A stretch of DNA of 64,000 bases from a virus (taxonomy: Duplodnaviria > Caudoviricetes): positions 47,436 through 111,435 of IMG/VR virus record IMGVR_UViG_3300033074_000206. The stretch is one strand, 5' to 3'. The notes beneath the pieces were generated by a model that was given only the letters and a program-made list of their open reading frames with translations, was not told the DNA's origin and searched no databases. Position numbers and translations under genes: made by a program. Position 1 is the first letter of the stretch, and each line of letters begins with the position of its first letter. This document shows positions 52,401 through 59,937 of this stretch, one piece after another.

Positions 52401-55400
52401 GAGCACTGGTCGTTGAATCTTTTTCTCTTAGAGAAACTTGACTGCTTATTGGCGTATTATAGCTCTGCTATAATTTAGCTATCCAAGACAATTAAAGAAC
52501 TTTTTCATTTTATATCTCTATAAAAGGTTGCAATTTTATTTCACAACTGGGTTAATCCCGTTTTTGTATAAGAAATCTCTCCATTATATTCATTCTAATT
52601 CGTTAGATTAGAATCGAGCTTGGAGCTCCGCTCATAATTTCTTATGAGATTGGACTATATCTTCATCTTTAGATTTCTCTATTAAGATGTCTACCATTTC
52701 CACTCACTCGAGTGTACTCCTCCACGAGGATAGTCTCTGAACTTTGTATTCTATGAATACCTTAGCTGCTGATTGATATATTCTTATCATTAAGAACTTA
52801 ATTATTCCAGACAATTAGATAGATACATAATTTATATTTCTATAAACTTCAACTTAAGATTTTTAAATTGACTGTGTCGGATTAAACGCAAGTTTAATAC
52901 AATTTTTGATTTGTCCTCTTTCAAGCATTTTATTCATATAGACTCGTTAATTCTATACCGATCTTATTCTGCTTTATATTTCTATAAAGATTAGACTATC
53001 TCTTATTCCTATATCGACATATAAGAACCTCTCCATTTCGATATCACTCGATATCTACGTGCTACGCACTAGTCGTTGAATCTTTTTCTCGTAATGAGAA
53101 ACTTGACTGCTGATTTGCATATTATATCATCGTTTTATCTAATATAATTTAGCTGTTCCAGACAATTAAAAGAGTTTATAGCAAGCCATAGATTTAACCT
53201 GCTGAGGCCCACCATGATGCTCTATCAGACGACGTTTGAGATCTCAGCCCCGCACAATCCCCTGCAAGATTCACCCAACGGTTTTTATCGTTGTATCTCG
53301 TTTTATTCAGTATAAATCGCAACATTATACCCAAAATTTTAGTTGATAACTCTAAAATTGCTATATATTTCTATATAGACTAGACTATATCTTTACCCTT
53401 CTTATTTTTGCCTTTAGTTAGGGTAGTCACCATTTCGAGTATCATTAGCTTATACTCTACTCCCTCTCAGGATAGTCGTTGAACCTTGTTTTATAAATTA
53501 GTTTAGACTCATCTCGGAGTATATTATTTATTAAGCTATTTTTGCATACCAACCAATCAAATGTAGAAATCCGTATTTATTAGCCATTATTTTACCATTA
53601 ATAGTCTGATATAACTTTGTATTATTTTCGAAAGACCTTCTTAATGCCGTATTAGGTAAATTATATTTGTTGCAAAAATCTATAAAGGAACCTTCGCATA
53701 TATAACTCAATTCATCTTTATAATTATATATTAATATAGTTTTTGTACTGTAATGATTTTTACCATTATTTTTCAATTTATACTCTTCTGTAGCCTTTGT
53801 TATTTTTTGTTTTTTAGCTCCATTTAATAGTGGTTCTTTATGTTTCAATTTATACTCTTCTGTACTTATAGTAATTAGTCTTTTTGTAGTTGCTTCTATT
53901 CTACTGATTTTGTTTTTTAATATTGATTTTTCTGAATATCTCGATTCTTTCCAGTTTTTAATAGCTTCTAATGTTTGCATACCTTTATTACCGTCCTTTC
54001 CATTCTCGGCAATTAAATTAGCCCAATCAGTAGATTCGACTATATTGTTTTCTTCAGAAAATTTCAAAGCAATTGGTTCTACGTAATCTTCATCAGAAAC
54101 ATTTAACGAAAATATACCATATATCTCCATGGTAACTTCATCGCCATGTTTTTGTAAATGTTTCTTCCAATAAACTCCACTTCCATGATAATACTTTTGT
54201 AAATCTTCTACTGTAAAATGTTTAGAAGTTTTACCAAAATATTTCTTTCCTGTTATATTATGTGTAGCAATATATAATGTAACCTTATCTTTCATTCTCG
54301 CTCCTCCGTATAAAAGAACGAAAGGCAAATAACGTTCTTTTATTATATTTATAAAACCTTGGCTGCTGATTGTCCAATCTCAATCTTATTTATCATTTCT
54401 TTTTAAGAAACTATAATTGAGCTCTAAGGATATTCCAGCAATTAAATGACTGTTCGAAAGAAATTTCTTTCTTAAGCGACTTTTCTAAAATCGTATTGAT
54501 ATTTGTAGTTTCCAATCGCACAACAGAACATACTATTAAAATTTAAAGAACCAGTAGTTCTCCAAGTAATAAGAGATTGAACAGCGTCGCTTGATTTTTT
54601 ACCAACCGTGTCAGAGTACTTCGCTCCAATAAAAGCGATCACGTCTTCCCTTGAATCTGCAAGTTCCTTTGCACTTGCACCAGAATCTAATTCGTTACCG
54701 ATTACGGTGTCAATCATTTATATTCATTTTAATTCGTTAGATTAAAATCGAGCTTCGAACTCTGCTTAATGTTTCCATTAAGATTAGACTATATCTTCAT
54801 CTTAAATTAATAAGATGCTCTCCATTTCGATATGACTTCATATCTACGTGCTGCGCACTAGTCGTTGAACTTTGTTCTGTTATAGAACCTTAGCTGCTTA
54901 TTAGCATATTATAGTAGAGCTATAATTTAGCTATCCAAGACAATTAAAAGAGTTTTCATTTTAGAATTACTTCTAAAAGCGACAAATTCCATCGATTTCT
55001 TCTTTATTCATAAATACGTCATAAGCATTTAGTAAATCATCTGCTTGAATATCAGAATCTCTTCCAATAACAAGTTTAATTGTACCAGCATTCGAGAAGA
55101 TATAAGATTTTATAGCTTCAGTAATATCCGTATTGTCTTTAATAAAGATATAAGAACTCCCGTTATTAATAACTGTTTCGATATAAGTACTTTTATTGTT
55201 AATATCTTTAGCCGTAGCATTAAAATCAACAGTAAAAACTTCTTTTATTTCGTCTTCGTATTTAATGATGATACCAACTTGAGTTCCTGTAGGTTTATAT
55301 TCAAATAAATCATCTAAAGAAACACCGTCAAACGCTTTTTTAGAGTTACCGAAATCTCCCGGAACAGCTATTGCTATTTCAAGTTTTTCGGACCATCTAC

Positions 55401-58152
55401 CCGGATTCTTAGCAATTATCTTAATTTTAGAATCAGCATGAGAGAAAGCAATTGAAGTTTCTTTTGTTTCGTAATCATCTGCATTTTCTACAACTAAATA
55501 ATTACCGTAGTACTTATCTGCTGAGATAGAAGCAACTGAACTAGATTTAAGAGCTTCAAAAGTTCCATTTATGTGAGCTTTATAAGAGTTTACTGCTGTT
55601 CCTGTCGTAAAGGCTGTTTCGATATTTCTATCAAGAACAAGTGTAGTATTTGTAGTTGTTGTAACCGTCTTTACGTAATAAAAATTAAGCGTGTCTGTTC
55701 CAAAACTAATTAAATCGCCAACTGCAATTTTTGTAGTGTTAGACACAACTGCAGTAGCAGTACTATTTGCAGTAATTGCTGTTGTTACAGTAACACCTGG
55801 GATAGCTGTGTGTGTTCCACCAGTATTCGCTGCTCTTGAAATAAGTAATTTATTTGAATAACTTAAATAGTTATACGTTTGGTCGATTATATTCATTCTA
55901 ATTCGTTAGATTAGAATCGAGCTTTTAACTCTGCTCTTTATTTCTAAAGAGTCTAGACTATATCTTCATCTTTAGATTGCTCTATTAAGATGTCTACCAT
56001 TTCCACTTACTTAAGTGTACTCCTCTATGAGGATAGTCGTTGAAGTTTAATAATTAAAATAAAGTCGGTATAATTCTTCTACATCTAAAGAATTATTTCT
56101 CCCTTTCTTAGCGTTTTCTTCCCAAGGAATCAATGCTAAATTGTGTTTGCTTGATATCATTTGATACGGTATATTTTGTTTAAATCCATTAAAAATAGAA
56201 AATTTGTGATCTAATTCGTATGAGTCTGGATGAATACGGCTTTTTCTAAGTCCAAAATCTATATTCATTTTTCTATATTCCTTTTCAGTTTCCCTACAAA
56301 CTAAAAATTTATATAATTCGTAATCATTCTTAGATGATAATGGCATCCATATATTCGCAGCTTCTTTAGATAATCTAATCTGATTTTGAAATTCAGCACT
56401 CTTAAAGATACAATCGACACCATACTTCGAAAGATTAGTTTGTTTAGATTTATTTATTATCTCTGGAACTTGAAATGTATACGCAACACCATATTTTTCA
56501 ATCATACTAGGAATATATACAGTATTCATGAAATCGCTAGATTTCATATGATGGTCAACGCCAAAATTGACTATACGAGTTTCCTTTATTTTGTTCTTAA
56601 ACTCGTTATATTGAAATGGGTTAGAAACATTATATCTTTCAAGACAAGTTGATTCTCTTTTTTGCGCAAAAATCTCAGTTCTTTGAAAAATATCGCCATA
56701 TTTTTCAATACAAGTTGATTGTATTTTATCATTTATATTAGAATAATCCGTATTAAGAACTTTCTTAGTTTTTATTTCATCATTTTTCATCGGATGATCA
56801 ACACCGTATTTGATTATATTTGTGACTTTAGATTTCTCTCTAGCTTTTATACCGCCTTGATGTTGTCGACATTTTTTACAATGAGTATTATATCCTTTAT
56901 TAAACGATATATAATTAGTTTCTGATAGACAATATTCGCACAATTTACAACCGTAAAATATATCGTATATCTCTTTAGAAGAAAAAGATATATTATTTAA
57001 ATAATTAGTATCAATACTACCGCTATCCAATAAAATATACTTTTTATATTTCAATAAATCTTCTATATTATCTATATTAAACGATTGTTTTATTTTATTC
57101 GAATACCCTCTATTGAATGATAGAAATTTTATATTTTTATAAAATTCTTTATCTATTTCGAAAATATCATCATATAACTCTTGATAACTTTCGTAGTTTA
57201 ATTTCTTTTTTATAGATTGTTTATTTATTCCGTTATAATATAATTCTTTAGCTTTACACATTTTATTTTAATTATCCTTACCTGCTGATTTTCGTATTTT
57301 ATAATCTATTTATAAAACTTAGACGTTCCAGACAATTAGATAGATTTCTAATATATTATTTCTAATATATATTGGCATTTTCACCAATCATTGTAGTTCT
57401 CATTAGATGGTTTTCCGTAATACGTAATTAATTCATCAACTGAAGTGATTATTTGATATTTATTAACAGGTCCTTGGTGGAAATTTCCACTAAATACTGC
57501 AACTGAATTAGATACTGTCGGTACGATTTGACTCGCGTCGCATTTATATTCATATAGATTCGTTACTTCTATACCGATCTTATTCTGCTCTTTATTTCTA
57601 AAGAGATTAGACTATATCTTATTCTTATATTCTTTTATATAAGAATCTCTCCATTTCGAGATAACTTTATCTCTACGAGCATATGCTCTAGTCGTTGAAC
57701 TTTGTATTCTATGAATACCTTAGCTGCTGATTTTCATTTTAGAATCTTGATCTAAATTAGACGTTCCAGACAATTAGAAGAGTTTTACTTTTTATATCAC
57801 TATAAAAGGAGACCTACTGATCTCTGTAATGAAACTTTTTGTTCATTCTAATTCGTTAGACTAGAACCGATCTTATTCTGCTCCAGATTTCTCTAGAGAA
57901 CGGACTATATCTTAATCTCCTCGGAGATTTGAACCATTTCGAGATAACTTTATCTCTACTCCCAAAGGGATAGTCTCTGAACTTTACTCTATTTTAGAGT
58001 CTTAGCTGCTGATTGATATATTAAAATATATATTCTTTATAATAAGAAATATATTAAACTTAATTATTCCAGACAATTAGATTCATTTATTACTCCGATA
58101 TCGCTAAAGGAGAGTGCAATCATTCCACACCTGGACTTAACATTTCTGCCAT
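49422..58152 (-). CDS. gp18: Tail sheath protein (T4 gp18-like), 637 aa after splicing, split into 18 exons by 17 group I introns. Exons 5'->3': 58152-58127, 57834-57820, 57540-57383, 55883-54991, 54714-54490, 53298-53197, 52925-52867, 52581-52543, 52267-52249, 51993-51948, 51671-51662, 51398-51381, 51102-51069, 50802-50764, 50485-50409, 50135-50078, 49818-49792, 49490-49422
   Basis: Joined exons total 1914 nt in one open frame: MAEMLSPGVFITEIDASQIVPTVSNSVAVFSGNFHQGPVNKYQIITSVDELITYYGKPSNENYNDWYQTYNYLSYSNKLLISRA...KEEIDIDTVIGNE...GNYKYQYDRYNDKNRWVNLAGDCAGLRSQTSSDRASWWASAGLERGQIKNCIKLAFNPTQSMRDFLYKNGINPVVSFPGQGTVLWGQKTLLDKASSFDRVNVRGLFNTLERALAKMAKYQVMEFNDNFTRNRIISMVKPFLSSVQAGRGIQDFMVICDESNNTPDVISRNQLVVDVFIRPTYVAEFIHLKFTNAGTRAFSEVIGGA*. 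Motifs match T4 gp18 (LSPGV, YKYQYD.YND..RWV, FDR.NVR.LF, CD..NNTP.VI.RN). AAGGA RBS precedes the ATG. Track ORFs 54973..55896 and 54472..54717 are exons 4 and 5. Confidence 0.96.
49491..49791 (-). mobile_element. Group I intron 17 (301 nt)
   Basis: P1 TGCT/GGCG with a longer AT-rich loop; conserved core; junction TYVA|EFIH. Confidence 0.9.
49819..50077 (-). mobile_element. Group I intron 16 (259 nt)
   Basis: P1 GTGGAT/GTTCAC; junction LVVD|VFIRP. Confidence 0.92.
50136..50408 (-). mobile_element. Group I intron 15 (273 nt)
   Basis: P1 GGTGAT/GTCACC; junction FMVI|CDES. Confidence 0.92.
50486..50763 (-). mobile_element. Group I intron 14 (278 nt)
   Basis: P1 GCGT/GCGC; junction NFTR|NRII. 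Confidence 0.92.
50803..51068 (-). mobile_element. Group I intron 13 (266 nt)
   Basis: P1 GATGGCT/GGTCATC; junction AKMA|KYQV. Confidence 0.92.
51103..51380 (-). mobile_element. Group I intron 12 (278 nt)
   Basis: P1 GGTCTTTT/GAAAGACC; junction RGLF|NTLE. Confidence 0.92.
51399..51661 (-). mobile_element. Group I intron 11 (263 nt)
   Basis: P1 CAGAGT/GCTCTG; P10 AACATT pairs with 3' exon AATGTT; junction FDRV|NVRG. Confidence 0.92.
51672..51947 (-). mobile_element. Group I intron 10 (276 nt)
   Basis: P1 AGTTCGT/GCGAACT; followed by a 10-nt exon. Confidence 0.92.
51994..52248 (-). mobile_element. Group I intron 9 (255 nt)
   Basis: P1 TCAGGGT/GCTCTGA; junction PGQG|TVLWG. Confidence 0.92.
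52268..52542 (-). mobile_element. Group I intron 8 (275 nt)
   Basis: P1 GTTGT/GCAAC; junction INPVV|SFPG. Confidence 0.92.
52582..52866 (-). mobile_element. Group I intron 7 (285 nt)
   Basis: P1 TCAAT/GTTGA; splicing creates AT|G (QSMRD). Confidence 0.92.
52926..53196 (-). mobile_element. Group I intron 6 (271 nt)
   Basis: P1 GCAGGT/GCTTGC; conserved core; junction ASAG|LERG. Confidence 0.92.
53299..54489 (-). mobile_element. Group I intron 5 (1191 nt) with GIY-YIG ORF; the most divergent intron of the set
   Basis: P1 CGAT/GTCG; P element AATTGCTGGAA rather than AATTGTCTGGAA; ORF between Q and R; junction YQYD|RYND. Confidence 0.92.
53531..54295 (-). CDS. Intron-encoded GIY-YIG homing endonuclease
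   Basis: LYIATHNITGKKYFGKT...YHGSG...ANL motif; start moved to MKDKV (54295) because GGAGGAG RBS lies just upstream. Confidence 0.8.
   Translation of the reverse strand: MKDKVTLYIATHNITGKKYFGKTSKHFTVEDLQKYYHGSGVYWKKHLQKHGDEVTMEIYGIFSLNVSDEDYVEPIALKFSEENNIVESTDWANLIAENGKDGNKGMQTLEAIKNWKESRYSEKSILKNKISRIEATTKRLITISTEEYKLKHKEPLLNGAKKQKITKATEEYKLKNNGKNHYSTKTILIYNYKDELSYICEGSFIDFCNKYNLPNTALRRSFENNTKLYQTINGKIMANKYGFLHLIGWYAKIA
54715..54990 (-). mobile_element. Group I intron 4 (276 nt)
   Basis: P1 CGAT/GTCG; conserved core; junction KEEID|IDTVIG. Confidence 0.92.
56047..57261 (-). CDS. Intron-encoded putative HNH homing endonuclease (404 aa)
   Basis: CxxC...CxxC zinc motifs, repeated T..EKYGV modules, C-terminal ELDHKFS...NL...EN..K HNH-like motif. 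Confidence 0.75.
   Translation of the reverse strand: MCKAKELYYNGINKQSIKKKLNYESYQELYDDIFEIDKEFYKNIKFLSFNRGYSNKIKQSFNIDNIEDLLKYKKYILLDSGSIDTNYLNNISFSSKEIYDIFYGCKLCEYCLSETNYISFNKGYNTHCKKCRQHQGGIKAREKSKVTNIIKYGVDHPMKNDEIKTKKVLNTDYSNINDKIQSTCIEKYGDIFQRTEIFAQKRESTCLERYNVSNPFQYNEFKNKIKETRIVNFGVDHHMKSSDFMNTVYIPSMIEKYGVAYTFQVPEIINKSKQTNLSKYGVDCIFKSAEFQNQIRLSKEAANIWMPLSSKNDYELYKFLVCRETEKEYRKMNIDFGLRKSRIHPDSYELDHKFSIFNGFKQNIPYQMISSKHNLALIPWEENAKKGRNNSLDVEELYRLYFNY
57307..57314 (-). promoter_or_regulatory. Late promoter TATAAATA inside intron 3, upstream of the HNH ORF
   Basis: Exact octamer about 45 nt before the ATG at 57261, with AAGGA RBS between. Confidence 0.55.
57541..57819 (-). mobile_element. 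Group I intron 2 (279 nt)
   Basis: P1 GAGAT/GTCTC; same P/Q/R/S core; ends ...ATATAAATG. Confidence 0.92.
57835..58126 (-). mobile_element. Group I intron 1 of sheath gene (292 nt, no ORF)
   Basis: Exon ends GGTGT and pairs with intron GCAC (P1, U.G). Core P AATTGTCTGGAA, Q AATCAGCAGC, R TTCAGAGACTA, S AAGATATAGTCC. Ends in G. Confidence 0.92.
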
Positions 58153-58434
58153 TTTATATTCCTTTTTATAGCTTACTTTCTGTTTAATAACTTCCACTGA
58201 AAATTATCTCAGAAAAACATTGCAATTTATGATAAAGTTGGAATCTTTATCTAGAATAAGACACGAAGTCTTAAACTCTGCTTTAGTTCTTTTATTTTAA
58301 AAAAGTTTAGCTAAAATTTTTAAGATTAGTTTAGACTCATTTCGGAGTTGATTATCTTAAATTTAAAGAATTAGAATGCGATTTGTATATCCTAATCAAT
58401 TAGTTTATAGACGTTTCGGTCTGAAGATTAAAAT

Positions 58435-58692
58435 TTATTCTTCGGTTCTTTCAAGTCTATCTTTATAACCTTTATCATTGTTTATAAAATTCATAATTAC
58501 ATCAAATTGTTTTTTATCATTAGTCATAATCTTACTATAAAAATGACTTTTATATATTTCTGCATCTTTAATTTTAAGATCTTTTAAAATCCACTCAGCA
58601 GCGTCCATTCCTCTAAGCTGAATATGATACTTGAAACTTTTTACTTCATTTAATTCTTCAGATTCTCTTAACCATTCTCTAAATGTTTTCAT
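58435..58692 (-). CDS. Putative internal head protein
   Basis: MKTFREWLRESEELNE leader. Confidence 0.7.
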   Translation of the reverse strand: MKTFREWLRESEELNEVKSFKYHIQLRGMDAAEWILKDLKIKDAEIYKSHFYSKIMTNDKKQFDVIMNFINNDKGYKDRLERTEE

Positions 58693-58705
58693 TCTTTCTC
58701 CTTTT

Positions 58706-59098
58706 TTAATACTGATTTCTAAAATTTTTAGTAGAACCAGATTTCATAATTTTAAAAATTTTAATAAAGTCAGTAATTGCTTCTTTTGGTGGTCTTAACG
58801 CGCTTGAAAAATATCTATTAAAATCGCCCTCTAAAGTTATTTCATTATATGTTCCAGATGGTTCTGTATTGCCTTTAGATTTTCCAGGATAACCTTCAGT
58901 AAAATATAATTTATCTTGTTCCATATTATATGCTATTCTAACCGTATTCTTCAGTTTTAAATCAACATAATATATTGCCAATATAGCATCTTTGTCGCCA
59001 CCATTATTCTCTGTACCAACAACCCAAAAGTTTTTACCTTTAGCTTCATTTAATTCTCTTGCTTCCTCTTCTCTTAACCATTCTCTGAATGTTTTCAT
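58706..59098 (-). CDS. Putative internal head protein
   Basis: MKTFREWLREEEARELNE leader. Confidence 0.7.
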   Translation of the reverse strand: MKTFREWLREEEARELNEAKGKNFWVVGTENNGGDKDAILAIYYVDLKLKNTVRIAYNMEQDKLYFTEGYPGKSKGNTEPSGTYNEITLEGDFNRYFSSALRPPKEAITDFIKIFKIMKSGSTKNFRNQY

Positions 59099-59116
59099 TC
59101 TTTCTCCTTTTTAATT

Positions 59117-59124
59117 TATTTATA
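59117..59124 (-). promoter_or_regulatory. T4-type late promoter TATAAATA; nearest upstream late promoter seen for the split sheath gene
   Basis: The same octamer precedes many structural genes: minus strand 18651, 32309, 38314, 49259, 61407; plus strand 7564, 44654, 61507. Confidence 0.75.
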
Positions 59125-59661
59125 TTAAAGATTATCTAGAACAAATATCAACGTAGCATCTGCATTTTGATATAATTCTTTATATTGCTTAGACTTTTTA
59201 AATTTTTGAGGTAAATCTTTTTGATTTTTATAAGCTTCTGCTTCCCAAGGCAATTCTTTATACTTCACTAGATCTTTTGTAGTTTTAGATAAATCTTTCA
59301 CACTTATAAAAGGTTCTTTCTTCCAAATAACAAAATTAAGATCCGAAGTATAATCTAATTCTCCTTTTAGATATTGTTTTACGTGAGTAAATTCATGAGC
59401 TATATGACCTAACATTGTTCCGAATTCATATTTTATAACGATATCGTATTTACCAGAAGACATTGCGATTAAATCAATATAACCGAACATTTGTTTAGAA
59501 TCTGGCTTTTTAAGAATTATATTAACTTCTTTTTGAACATCGAAATATTCTTGTAAGAATTTTAGATATCCAGAGATTAAAGAAGATTCGTACGGTTTTA
59601 ATTTACCGATTAACTTTTCATTCAATTCAGATTCTCTCAACCATTCTATAAACTCGTTCAT
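59125..59661 (-). CDS. Putative internal head protein with zincin HExxH domain
   Basis: MNEFIEWLRESELNE leader; IAHEFTHVKQY...PWEAEAY. Confidence 0.72.
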   Translation of the reverse strand: MNEFIEWLRESELNEKLIGKLKPYESSLISGYLKFLQEYFDVQKEVNIILKKPDSKQMFGYIDLIAMSSGKYDIVIKYEFGTMLGHIAHEFTHVKQYLKGELDYTSDLNFVIWKKEPFISVKDLSKTTKDLVKYKELPWEAEAYKNQKDLPQKFKKSKQYKELYQNADATLIFVLDNL

Positions 59662-59679
59662 AATGCTATTCTATTTCAG

Positions 59680-59937
59680 CTATTTTAATTTTTTAAGCAT
59701 ATCTGATAATTCGTCTAATTCATCAACAGACATAGCGAAACAAGATTTAGTACAATTGATTATAAACTTACTATTTCTTTTTTCAATAAATACGTTATTG
59801 CCGTCGGATAATTCCAACTCGCAATACGTTTTGTCTTTTCTAATTATTTCTTCCTTTATCGGTCTTAAAAATTCTCTAAATGCGTTTTCTTTTATCATTT
59901 TTATTCTCCTTTTTATATTATTCTTCTGACGTAGCAT
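59680..59937 (-). CDS. Small protein downstream of portal
   Basis: Likely true start MIKENAFREFL after AGGAG. Confidence 0.5.
   Translation of the reverse strand: MLRQKNNIKRRIKMIKENAFREFLRPIKEEIIRKDKTYCELELSDGNNVFIEKRNSKFIINCTKSCFAMSVDELDELSDMLKKLK

Larger units (their letters stand above)
55884..57382 (-). mobile_element. Group I intron 3 (1499 nt) with HNH-like ORF in the P6 region
   Basis: P1 ATTGGT/GCCAAT; ORF lies between Q (AATCAGCAGG) and R (TTCAACGACTA); splicing restores NDW|YQTYNYL. Confidence 0.92.

Noticed and set aside
54973-55896. Stand-alone truncated sheath genes (307 aa and 81 aa ORFs)
   Set aside because: Their starts and ends fall inside intron sequence; they are exons 4 and 5 of the spliced gene
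49491-58126. Repeats in the sheath region read as a CRISPR array, MITEs or a decayed pseudogene
   Set aside because: Units are 255-300 nt with group I core motifs, and the unique segments join into a perfect reading frame
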